From NCBI GenBank assembly GCA_036172245.1, contig JAYWIR010000027.1:1178001-1242000 (forward strand): 64,000 nucleotides of DNA, in the 5' to 3' direction. The DNA is from Raillietiella orientalis (taxonomy: Eukaryota). The notes below the pieces were generated by a model. That model had not been told where the DNA came from. It saw only the letters and a program-made list of their open reading frames with translations, and ran no database searches. Positions within the stretch are counted from its first letter, which is position 1. The number at the start of each line of letters is the position of its first letter. A program made the position numbers and the translations under genes. This document shows, piece by piece, positions 24,801 to 35,019 of the stretch.

Positions 24801-27278
24801 GCGTGCGGTGGAGGTCAGGACAGCGAGCACGGAGACAGCCACCAGGAGGATCAGCTCGAGGACGACGGACTGGTGGTGACGTGGCAGACGAAGAACTGCA
24901 GCAGCAGCAGTGCCATGAGGAGGGCTGCAGGCCGGCAGCAGAAGACCAGTAGCCTGCAGGGAGAGAAGGTCGAGCGAAAGGGATCGCGAGGAAGGAACGG
25001 CGTTTCCAAGGTCGCGCGCGCACCGTTGTGGCCTCCACCCGTTCCACCCCAGACTGGTGGGCGGCCGCCAGGGCCGGAGGTTCCGCCTGAGGGGAGGAGG
25101 TGCCCCTCCCCTCACTCTGTTGATGACAATGACTGGGAAGGGAAGGGAGGAATGAAGATCCCTTTCTCGTGACCTGCGGGAAGGCTACCCGCTGCTGCGG
25201 TTCCCCTATATGCAGCTCGCGCCTCGTGGTGGAGAGATCGAGGAGGGTGTGGCGAAACACATCCCTGTGGCGAAGGGGCAAATGCTCCAGTCAACCGCTG
25301 CACCCCCTCCAAGAGCAGCCTCTCCGGAGGCGTGTTCGCCGCCACTTACGAAGACGTCGCGACTGACGAGGACGCGCGAGGCGAAGTCCCGGGCGTCGAG
25401 CTCGACAAGGTTCCCTTGCACATCCAGGGTGACGAACTTGCTGCCTGTAAAGAGAAGGTGCCTAGCAAGGGGAGATATTGGACGCGCCTCGAAAGGGAGA
25501 AAAGTAGCGGACCCTGCCCCTTTCCCTCACCCGCTCGCCCCCTGCTGGGCATCGCCGCATAGGTGCCTTCCTCCGCGACGGAGGGAAGCCCCACGATAGG
25601 CGTGGGTGGACGCGTTTTCCCAGCTTCCTTCTTCCTCATACCCTTAACTCGGCCCCTCCGACGAGCGCGCGCGTGTTGGAAGTTGCGGAACTAGAGAACG
25701 GCCGGGCTGGGTAGGGAGTTTTGAGCCCCTCGGGAAACGATACAGCTGCTCGAGAGGTCTCGGGTGCGGGGGAGGGAGTCTCCGGCTGACAGTCCCGCAG
25801 TCTCTACTGAAGGCAGCTTCCTGAGGGGTGGCCGAGAGTCCCGCGCTTGTCGCTCGCACGCCTCCTTCGTTGGAGGTTCATCCGGGAGACGTTCAGCCTC
25901 TTGGACACATCCCACAAGTAGTCGCCCTTCTCTTTCGCCTTCTTCTGCCTCCCTTATTGTTCTTCATTTCTCGAAGCTTCTCCCGACCGGGATTCTCCGC
26001 GGTGCCGCAGAGTCTGCCTGCTGGCAACTGCGGAGATGCCCCAGCGTTCTCCCCTCTCCTCCCCTTCCTCGGCATCCTGGGGGTGGACCGGCCGCTGCAG
26101 CTCCCTTCTTCCCACTTTCTTCCCGGTCCTTCCGGAGGCAGCGGCGACGTTCCCTCTTCGAGAGCATGCAGAGCGGTGGGGGCAGAGAGGGAGAGAGGAA
26201 GCGCGTGGTCCCTTCCCGACGGGAGGGCAGGAAGGTGTTTTCCCCCTCCTCCCTTCCTCTTTCTTATTCTTCCTCTTTTTCTCTTCCTTCTCTTCCTCCT
26301 CTTCCCTTCCGTCTCTTTCCCTCGGAGGGAGGCGTAGTCGGCGATGTCTCACATGCTCCTCCCGTCCGCCTCCCTAAAGGGAGAAGGGACGAGGGAGCTG
26401 TTGGGGGGAGGGGGGACCCGCGGGGAGGATTGACTCCTAGCGCTTCATCTTCTCCGAGGAGGCCACCCGCAGGCGAGAGGCGATGCCTCTCAGCGGCCTC
26501 CAGGCGGCCTTGTGGAACCAAGCGGCGACCCCCTTCTCTCTTCCGCACATCCCTGAGCAGTGAGAAGGGGGGGATTTCTCGTTTGCCCCACCGCCGCATC
26601 GCCCCTGCAATCGGTCCGCAGAGATGGTCGGCGGGAGAAGAGCTCCGGGCAGCTGTGAGAGGTGGGGCTCCGTCGGGGGACGTCGCCAGGGGTGCCCCTC
26701 CTCCAGGAGCTGACCCTTTCTCCCTCTGAGGCTCCCCTCCGACGTGTCCTGGTTGCTCCCCATGCCTCCTTCGCCGAAGCACCTTCTCTGAGAACTTACC
26801 CCCTGCATCTCGCGCGTATAGAGCCCCGGGCAGGCTGCGCATACTCCTAGCGGAGGCCCTAGAGGGCGACTACATTCCCATCTGCTGCCCCTCCTCCCGA
26901 TCTCCCTCCTGCGAGCGAATCGGCGGGTGGTGGGATCGCCCCGTCATGCTATCCTGGCGCCGCTGCTTCCAGGTGGTCGCCCGTGCCCATCCCGGGGCTG
27001 GCTGAGAGAATCACGATGCCCGAGGCAAGGAACGCGGGGGCGGGCCAGGAGCACCGCAGCAGCTTACCGGAGACCCAGGAGCCGTTGAAGCGGGCGGGCC
27101 GGAAGGCATCGTCCGTGATCTCATGGAGGTACAGCTTCCTGCCCAGGTGCTTGAACCTGTCGAGAGACCTCTGCGAGTGGATGGTCAGTACCACGATGCC
27201 CAGGACAGCGCCGATCACGAGGATCGAGATGGCGACCCCCTTCCAGCTCTGATCCTCGCGCGCACTCGCGATCAGGTC
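12732..27278 (-). CDS. DPP10: Inactive dipeptidyl peptidase IV-family protein (DPP10/DPP6-like, peptidase S9B). Span of coding exons 2-15: 2346 nt, 781 aa + stop
   Basis: 14 GT-AG exons join in one open frame with matching phases. N-terminal TM helix (SWKGVAISILVIGAVLGIVVLTI), beta-propeller motifs (FNGSWVS, YSVFDI, VYNGIPD, LWFSPRG, QRHLY, CLTC, FILECLGP) and hydrolase-domain motifs (GVWGWGYG, HGTAD, YPDEGH). Confidence 0.93.
13290..13480 (-). CDS. DPP10: DPP10-like exon 14
   Basis: cccag|APFAEGYGGFP...FYLAHGTADQDVPFLHAVVLSRRLVGAGVNFRSQ|gtagg; 191 nt. Confidence 0.93.
14388..14545 (-). CDS. DPP10: DPP10-like exon 13 (nucleophile elbow)
   Basis: tccag|EVVSRYHFINQTAVGVWGWGYGAHV...CGVSVAPVWSWRSF|gtaag; 158 nt. 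Confidence 0.93.
15706..15879 (-). CDS. DPP10: DPP10-like exon 12
   Basis: gccag|GDLPESLEHVERWRLDWDSYLSSSRNYIIVYIQ...QLLTAL(R)|gtgag; 174 nt. Confidence 0.9.
17116..17553 (-). CDS. DPP10: DPP10-like exon 11
   Basis: gccag|YLLAKPHRRSAQRHLYKV...CLTC...FILECLGPRIP...LLPPELREYEDHQYPAILH(V)|gtgagt; 438 nt. Confidence 0.93.
19624..19838 (-). CDS. DPP10: DPP10-like exon 10
   Basis: Follows a 51-nt intron; VHQESAS...LTAAPLDVEEVLGWNEESNE(L)|gtgagt; 215 nt. Confidence 0.9.
19890..20013 (-). CDS. DPP10: DPP10-like exon 9
   Basis: tccag|ESYMISCRWLDDASLAVLWTPRKQDAFLLAVCQPPAWQCRK|gtgag; 124 nt. Confidence 0.9.
21279..22162. repeat. Inverted repeat arm A (884 bp), DPP intron 8
   Basis: Reverse complement of 24210-25093 (paired coordinates sum to 46372). 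I count 6 substitutions and no indels; mirror-image ORFs appear in the ORF track. Confidence 0.97.
22606..22703 (-). CDS. DPP10: DPP10-like exon 8
   Basis: tccag|AGSSIPTFTPKVVDLKKPNATVDVSPPAGLRP(S)|gtaag; 98 nt. Confidence 0.9.
22785..22954 (-). CDS. DPP10: DPP10-like exon 7
   Basis: cccag|YLARTPKLLWFSPRGSFLAFGSVDTSQV...YPELSSFRFAK|gtaac; 170 nt. Confidence 0.92.
23352..23563 (-). CDS. DPP10: DPP10-like exon 6
   Basis: ctcag|SVFRLTPF...LQLAEWS...VFRNDVFYKP...VYNGIPDLLHR(E)|gtacct; 212 nt. Confidence 0.92.
23896..23948 (-). CDS. DPP10: DPP10-like exon 5
   Basis: cgtag|LGDEPERARYSVFDIQK(Q)|gtgagt; 53 nt. Confidence 0.85.
24056..24130 (-). CDS. DPP10: DPP10-like exon 4
   Basis: tccag|EHFDSDDYAMSADQRFLLIKHGVVK|gtgag; 75 nt. 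Confidence 0.9.
24210..25093. repeat. Inverted repeat arm B (884 bp), DPP intron 3
   Basis: Reverse complement of 21279-22162, ~99% identical. Confidence 0.97.
25350..25444 (-). CDS. DPP10: DPP10-like exon 3
   Basis: tacag|(G)SKFVTLDVQGNLVELDARDFASRVLVSRDVF|gtaagt; 95 nt. Confidence 0.9.
27068..27278 (-). CDS. DPP10: DPP10-like exon 2 (TM anchor)
   Basis: ctag|DLIASAREDQSWKGVAISILVIGAVLG...FRPARFNGSWVS(G)|gtaag; 211 nt. Confidence 0.92.
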
Positions 27279-27821
27279 CTAGGGAGGAAGGAAGTGGGAG
27301 AAATCGAAATTCCTGAGAGCGCTTGGCAGTCCTGACGAACGCGCTGCCAGTGCGAGAGCTCCTGAGACGTTCGTCAGGGCTGGAGCGCTGCAAGCAGCGG
27401 AGGAAGCGGGCAATTCGCGCACTTCGCCCACCAGGGGCAGGGAGGCACCCTCAAGTCTGCCTTCAGGGTAAACCCCCGACCGTGGAGGTCCTTCCGGACC
27501 TTCCAGAGGGAGGGGGGAGGGGGAGAGATGGATCCCACTGACACGGCAGGGCGGCCACTTCCGCTCTTCTGAATCAGTTGCTGCGGGTCAGAAAGAATTC
27601 CCGAGCAGGGTCGCCCGCCGGCGATGGACGGGATGGAGGTGGTTCCCGAAACTGGAGAAGCTCGAAAGGTCGATGAAACGGAGGAAGCTTGGGAAAAATC
27701 CCAGCTTCTCCCAGGAAGCGTTCGGGTCTCCCATTGAAGATGTCCCCTAGTGATCGAGAGCGGACTTTCGTAGTCGAGCTGCCAACGTCCCGACCCGCGC
27801 AGCGGCGAGGCTCGGGCAGAC

Positions 27822-27886
27822 AGCCTCGGCACAGCGGCAGAAACCCCTTGGTGCTGCGCGGAAGGTCGCGGGTTCGAGCCCCGGTA
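27822..27886 (+). mobile_element. tRNA-derived SINE-like head (degenerate)
   Basis: B-box GGTTCGAGCCC at 27871-27881 with an A-box-like CGGCACAGCGG about 45 nt upstream; no complete cloverleaf. A second B-box GGTTCGAATCC lies at 28010-28020. Confidence 0.4.
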
Positions 27887-28222
27887 GCGAACTTTCTCGG
27901 CAAAGCCGACGAACCTCAAAAACGCTTTTAGACCCGCTCAGCGGGGAGACTCGGGAATGCAGCTTCAGCACGGCAGCGACCCCCCCCCCCTGCCCAATAT
28001 AAGGGCGTGGGTTCGAATCCCTGCACTAGGAAGGTTCACACGCGGAGAGGAATGCCCTCGCACCCTTTAATGCTCCCGCTAGGCCCTTGGCGATTCTTGA
28101 CCAGCTGTCGCGAACCAGCGCTTTCTCGCCGAAAACGAGGAAACGCCGAGAATAAGGGTTGGCTCTCTTCCCTCCCCTCCCCCTTCCCCTCATTCCTTTT
28201 TGCAATCTATAATCACGTAGAC

Positions 28223-29096
28223 CAGTGGTGGCCAACCTATGTCACGCGTGCCAGTAGTGAGTCGCACATACAAAAATTTTGCTGGTACCTCAATAAGTAA
28301 AAAAAAAATTAACCGCAAATGCAATTTTTATTCGATCAATTAGCATCAAAAATACAACAAAAATCCCATCCACTCTTTGAATGCTACGGACTCATGTGTG
28401 GGTTCGGCGAAAATCATTGGCGTGGACTGTGGACGCGTCATATGAGTTTGGCAAGTGCTTTCACATTGTACACGCGGCACAAATTAGCACTATTCGTGTT
28501 TGAGGTGGACGACGCATCCACTCACGTTCTTACAGTTCCCTTGGCAACGACAGTAAACGACATTCTATTTATATATCGGCTAACGATTTCTCTCGGTGTG
28601 GCATGTAATTTATTATGCCGTTTTTCATCTTTGCGATATCTTGAAAAATGTGAACGAATTTCTTCGAATCATAATCACAACTTTTAAATACATAATATGT
28701 GTTTGGAAAAAAATGGAAATATTTCATTTAATGTGGTGTACATAAACAATTACAATGAATGAGCACTTTATGCAGTGAGTCGGTACTTCGATGGAGCACG
28801 CGGTGCGCGAAAAAGCGTTCCGTCCTTCTGTGACTCAACACGGAACGTTTCAATCTGATGAGCTCCGCACCCAAAGGGTTAATTATTAAAATATGTACGC
28901 TAACTTCTGAATTTTTATGAAATCCTTCATGTTACCTTAGATTACTCTATCTTTTTAATTGTTTCATTAAAATTCTGCAAGGATCAATTTTCTGTTACTT
29001 TTTTCTCTTATTAAAAGCTCCCTGGCACGTCAACAGCTTGATAAATATCATCTGTAAATTTTTGGCATGCACATTTAAAAAGGTTCGGCACCACTG
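28223..29096. mobile_element. Non-autonomous hAT (Charlie/Buster-like) MITE, 874 bp
   Basis: 16-bp TIRs CAGTGGTGGCCAACCT / reverse complement CAGTGGTGCCGAACCT (14/16); degenerate 8-bp TSD ACGTAGAC / TCCTAGAC; AT-rich non-coding interior. Confidence 0.75.
28790..28882. mobile_element. Possible piggyBac-type terminus nested in the hAT MITE
   Basis: ...CGCACCCAAAGGG|TTAA at 28878/28879-28882 matches the piggyBac AGGG-TTAA end. No partner end was found. Confidence 0.3.
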
Positions 29097-30899
29097 TCCT
29101 AGACTTGGGAATGCTCCTGGAGATGCTGCGTGCTGTGGTCAGGAGGAAGTCTGGACACTGGAGTGGGAGGGGCTCACAGCTTTACCATCCAGGAGGCCCT
29201 GGACTAAGAAGCATGCCCGACCCTTTCCAGGAGACCCTTCCCGCTCACCCATCCCACCACTCCACCGTCCTTGACAGCATCCCCGCCCTCATCTCAGTCT
29301 GGAGAGCGCTTGAGACCCAACAAGACGTCGGACGATTCCTCCTTCTTTCAAGAGTTGAACGATCCAGCGACGAGCCTGTCTGGACCAGACACCTCAGGCA
29401 GAAGCTACCGCCAGATAAAAAAAACACACCAAGGACCAAAGAAATTTTGGGCGTGTGAGGACTACCTGCCTCCAATCCGAGCCTGGGAATTTGAGCTAGA
29501 GAGTCGCTCTGGCTGGGGGGGAGGGGGGGGTTGCCCTTGTTCGGAGCTCTCTCCGTCTTCCGACCCCGAATGATGCGTGGACAAACTGCATGCTGTTTGA
29601 GCCAACCTCCGGGTCCCGATCTGCATTTTCCGATGTCCGCTGTTCACGTTCTCGGATCACTGCCGTCCCCTGCTTTCAGCCGAGCAGCAGTGCAGCGCGG
29701 GGATTGCTGCCTTGTCGCGTGCACCTCGGCTGCTGGACTCCGTACTTCACTTCATCTTCCTGGGCGGGAAAGCTGCCCTGCAGGCAACCCCCCTTCCCTA
29801 GCAGTCAGGAGACACTCGGCTTCGAAAGTCAGTCGCACTTTTTTCGGCCATCTGGGATCAACACTCCCTCCCTCCCTGCTACCGGGCCGGACGGACCGGT
29901 CGCTTCTGAACTCCCTGGCTCATCAGCCAGGGGCGGGCGGTGGGGAGTCACGGCTCTCTCCCCTTCCCACATCCCTATCTGGCCGGTCTTGCTCGATGTG
30001 CTTTGATGCGGGCGGGCTCGATTCCCCCCTCCCCCTTCCTGAGGCAGGGTTCACTGACTCCCGCGTTGGATTCTGACCTTTTTCGAAGGGTAACCTTATT
30101 CTGGGTGATCTTCAGGGGTTTCTAAGATCCCTTCAGTTCACCACAGTATCGACAACCGAGGATCTGCACACGGCCTGTTGTTCAGAGGGCAGCCAGCAGG
30201 AGGCGAGTCATGGGACTTCTTCTGCGCTCATTTAAGAGGATGGCAACCCTTTGGGGTTCTGCTTCCTCTGCTATCCTTCCAGCTTTTTCTTTCTTTTTCT
30301 TTTTCTGGTTCGCCAAGTGCTGAAGAACCATTCGCCTCCGTGTGTGGGGGGGGGGGGGGGGGGTGCACAAAGCTCTTCGGCACTGCTCACGACGCCCTGG
30401 GGTGCGCGTAACTCTTCAGATCAGGGGACAACCCCGGAGGGGCACCCTATGAATCCAGGAAGGGCTCCGGAGGAAGCAGTTCGTTCCTATTACGCTTGGA
30501 AGGGAAATCCGAAGAGAATTCTACCTTATTCTTCCCGGAGGAACTCCCAGGAGAGGGCTGCTCCTGGAATTTCTTCTCCGAAGGGAACTCTGAAAGGGTC
30601 CGATCCTGTTCCCTCCTCCTCTATAGGGAACCCCGAAGAGAGCAGTGCTCTTCTTGTAGAACAGAGGGGCGACCCCCGAGGGGGACATCAATCAGCTCCG
30701 TGAAACGCGATGGGGAGACACCCCCGAGGGAGGGGGGGCGACTCCATTTCCTCAACCAGAGGGGAATCTCGAAGGACTCCTTCATGTCCTGGAAGGACAC
30801 CGGAAAGTCAACTTCCAATCCCGGCCACTCTACAGGGGTATCCCGTTAAATACCTCCACCAGTGCCGCCCACGAATAGGCCAACCATCGCCATCTTGTG

Positions 30900-31025
30900 A
30901 GGGGGGGAGAGAGGAACTCGAGACCCTCGACGCACCTTCCATTTTCCGGGTTCGATTTTCCCTGGATGGGATTCGAACCTGCTAAGCCTGGTAGCGCGCG
31001 CGGAGACAGCCGCCAACGCCGGCTG
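30900..31025 (-). mobile_element. tRNA-derived SINE-like remnant
   Basis: B-box GGTTCGAATCC on - at 30979-30969. A related GGTTCGGATCCC occurs on - near 18175-18185. Confidence 0.3.
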
Positions 31026-31099
31026 TCCTCATCGTTGTCGATCCTCACCAACAACCTAAGAGTTACGCCCATCTCCCCATTTACGTGGATCGTTAGTTC

Positions 31100-31625
31100 C
31101 ACGTGGATTTTTTTTTTTTACGCGGATGGGAATCTCGTAAATGGAGTCCGCTGGTGCGAAAAAAAAGAGTACTGGTAAGAAGAACCGGTATAAGTTACGA
31201 AAACATTTATTTCGTATAGGCTAGCAAAAAAAATAACGATGACATTTCAGAAAACCAAAATAAGTTCCATTCGGTATCAGAATCTGTACCGTAATTCAGT
31301 TTTTCTTCACTTGCGTTGTTAATGTTTATGTTTCCGGATGAATTTTTCAATAACTCATCTTTTGCTAAGTTGTCGTAAGTTTTCTCTTCCTCCGCGTCAC
31401 TGAACATTCGTTAAACATTTATGGGTTGAGATTTGTGATAATGAAAGCAGCTCGATAAAAGGCTGGTCACTTACTCTGTGTCGGTTATTAATCCCTTTTC
31501 GGAAAAGAAGGCTAACGCTGTCAAGGGCCGTGTGAAATGAGATGGCGCGCATTAAAGGTACCGCGTAAATGGAGGGATGGGTGTGATCCCGTGTTTTCGG
31601 ATGACCCCGGGGTAAAAACGAGCTT
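31100..31625 (-). mobile_element. Possible decayed piggyBac-like 5' fragment
   Basis: AT-rich patch with an acidic leader (FSDAEEE...GTDSDTE) like piggyBac transposase N-termini, and a GGGGTCA subterminal-type motif near 31605. No catalytic domain is seen. Confidence 0.25.
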
Positions 31626-34600
31626 AGTGCTTGCGTGAACTTTCTCCGTCGGGCAAACCCCTCTAATTTGCCCGTGCCCTGTGCCCTACGGAAACCCATG
31701 GTGACGGAAGACGAATCTGTTGACCTGAGCCGACTGGAACGGTTTGCTGCTCTTCGAGCACCGGCCGAGCGTTTTGTCGATTCTCTTTTTTTTAAAAAAA
31801 AAAAGAAAGGGAAAAAACGGATTGAGGAATAAGCGAATTGGGCTCCACTGCGCCTTCTGTAATTCCCATGGCTACGACGAGATGGCAGTCAGATGCTTGG
31901 AAACCTCAACTCGGAATCGCTTCGACAGTTCCTTTGCCATGGATTTCCGTCTTCCCCTTCCGGCAAGAGGCTACACTTTTGCATTTGGCTCTCTGTGTTT
32001 CATGATGTTCCAATGAGGTTTCTGTCGTATAGCACATTTTTTAAGATTGCAAACATCCACATTCGTTTCAGCTTCCTGGAGAGACGACGAACAATCGGGA
32101 AAAGGGATTGTCGAAAACGACCCATCGAAAAGGGAAGGATCGAAAACTATTCGGCTCATCCCAGTTTCCTAGGCGTGCTCAACGAACCGGATTGGACCTC
32201 GTGAATTCGAGCTCCTCACTGGGGAGGAGCGCCGAGTGCTGATCAGGACCCTGACGAAACCGGCACAAGAAACCTCTTCAGTCGGGATTTGCAGGCCGGA
32301 CCACGGATGGCTTCCACCCCGGGTCTCAAGGCCTCCCCTATCTGGTACACAGAACTGGACCTAGAAGAGCCTCTCTACCTGGAAACAACGCAGCATCTGG
32401 AATGCAGCCTCACTCTTTGTCTTCTAAGTATTTTTTTTTGCCGTGGATGCATCACTTCGGGACTCGCATGAATTCCGAGTCCTGTTTTATCTTTGCCGCC
32501 CGAGCATGCAGACATGTGCCCAGATCTTGACTGCCACGTCCCGGTTGGAGGGGAAAAGGTGGAAGCTCCCAAAGTTACCAGGAAAGCTCCCAGTTGTCCG
32601 AATCATGCAACCGAAACCCGATCCATCCTTTTTTCACCAGTTTCAAGAAGACTGAATACATAAAAGAACACTTTTGGTGGCCAAATCTGTGTCATGACCT
32701 AGAGTCATGCAAAAGCAGCTGCCTGGAAACCTTTTCCATGGGACAATCAAGGAAGAAGAAAGGATCCATTCTTCTTTAATTATTACTTTCTCAAAGGAAA
32801 AAGGTTTGTTGTGGAATGTAAAGAAAAAAGAAAATGTTCTCATCTATAACTGCAGCCCCAGCATGCTTTTGCAATGAGCCTTCATGCTCCCTGCTCATTA
32901 TCTGCTAGGTAAACAGCTTTGCTGAATAGCACAATTTTCATTAGGACACATAAAAGATTCCTCATGGAACATAAACTGACTCTCTTTCCTCACAGCTGCT
33001 GGTTGGCATGCTCACTATGCTCTTATTACTCACTAATTATAAACAAATAAAAGTACAACAAGAAATACAGCAGTTTTATTAATACAGCTGGAAATCATAC
33101 GTATCAGAAACACACAAAAAAAATTAACCAGAGCTCTCTTCGTAGTGTTTATGTTACATGCCCGTCACCCGGTGGATGAAAGTAAATGAAAATCATTCAC
33201 TAAGCAAGGTGGTCATGGGGTCAGTTTTTGCAGGAGGCATGCATGGGGGGGGGAGGGGGGGATGCTCTTTGAACACCAACGAAACTGACACCAGAATCAA
33301 CCTGTCCACCCGAACGAGAAGCACACTTTCTACAAGGTCTGATGCAAGGTTGCAAGTGACTACGTTTGGACAAATGTGCACTTCCCGTTCGCATTCGCAA
33401 GCGTGTATATAACACTGAAATGCACTACACAATGCACGAATGACAACGTTTAGGAAAAGTGTCTTCAGTTACCTTACTGGACGAATCGACAATGACCAAA
33501 GGCACGTTTTTGAACTTGCTGTTTTCTGATTTTTTCTTTGTGGAGCTGGAGGAGAAGGAGGAATCACTTTCCGAAGACATCGCCACTGGTCTTGGTTACC
33601 AATTGATTCATATATTGATTCACATGTTGTTGTTGTTGTTCTTGCTGTTGTTGTTTTTTTTTTTTTTTTCTTCTTTTTTTTTTTTTTCTACGAGCGGATT
33701 GGCGTCTTCATCGTTGCGAATCTACTCCTGCTCCTTACTGTAGCACATATGTCTTCCTTCCTTCAAAACTCCCTATTCCTCTTCAACATTTATCTGGTAA
33801 AATTGATGCTTTTTTAAACGCTCACATTGCCAAAATACAGATCGAGAAGTGTACGAGAGAACACTGAATGGGTGCGTTAACTCGGAAGAGCTTCGGATGT
33901 TGTAGTCGAAGCTCCTCTATCTCTTGAACTCCAATAAGGACCTCTATTCTAAAAACTTGGAAAAATTGTTGTGGAGAGCAGTTGTCCTCCAATTGGTCTA
34001 TATTCTAAATTGATGGATATTTAGAGGTTGTGCATGCGCTGTAGGCAATGCGCAGTTACCGAAAAAATCAATTTCTGTAAAGAGAAGCATCAAAGAATCG
34101 ATAAATTTGCGCCAAATCAGTGTTAAATAACGAGAGGAGAAAAATTAGCAACGATGGAAAGTGAAATCGATCCACCTATGAAGTCGTTCTATGTATCCTC
34201 TGAAATCCATCCCATGGCTTTTAACGGAAACTGAAGACAAAAGAATCAATAGGAAAAGACCTTCTGTATTAAAAATACATTTATGTAATTATCCATTGTT
34301 CATTTCCATTCTGTATTTAAAATTTTAATTGTACGGCTACGTGGAACGCGTACAGAGTATCACGGATGTATTCCGTCCATGTGCTCTCGAAGTGGGAGAG
34401 ATCTAGCAGAGGACTAGCCATGGTCATGTCCTCTACGTAGGTGCAGACATCTGAGGTTCGCAGGAAAAAAAGGAAGAAAAAAATGCACGGAAGATCTTAT
34501 TCAAGACAAGCAGAATGAATAGAAACATCTATCTGGAACCACACAGGAACGGGAAAGCCACACATCGATTTTTTCGGGACTTCGCGCAAGTCAGAAAAGC

Positions 34601-35019
34601 GGTACCTATATATGTATATGTACAGAGAGAAAGAGATAGAGAGAGAGGAACAGTCAAATACATATATTCACTAATATAGGTTTCCTTTTTAATGATGGCT
34701 GATTGTTTTCCAAGCGAAATACATATATACATATATAGCTATTCCTTACATATATATAGAGAGAGAGAAGGAATAGTTATTCACTCATAATGTGAAGGAG
34801 CCAAGGAAAACATAATGCACGAAATGCATGAAGGGTACACACATGAAAAAAAAAAAAAAAAGGAAAACTCATCCATTATCCAAAAAATTTCTCCAAACCT
34901 CTGTGACTTCTGGTTCTTTTTCTTAAGTTAAGAATAAGGGAGAGAATGATCCGCCATATTTAAATGCAAGAGGATAGAGAAAAAGAGAAAGCCCGACACA
35001 AAAGAGCATTAAAAGCCTT

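Noticed and set aside
24153..25172. 339-aa ORF spanning inverted-repeat arm B (broken by TAG in arm A)
   Set aside because: No recognisable motif, low complexity, and other frames are also long; not evidence of a gene.
27822..28025. tRNA genes suggested by GGTTCGA boxes
   Set aside because: No acceptor or anticodon stems can be folded; treated as SINE-like remnants.
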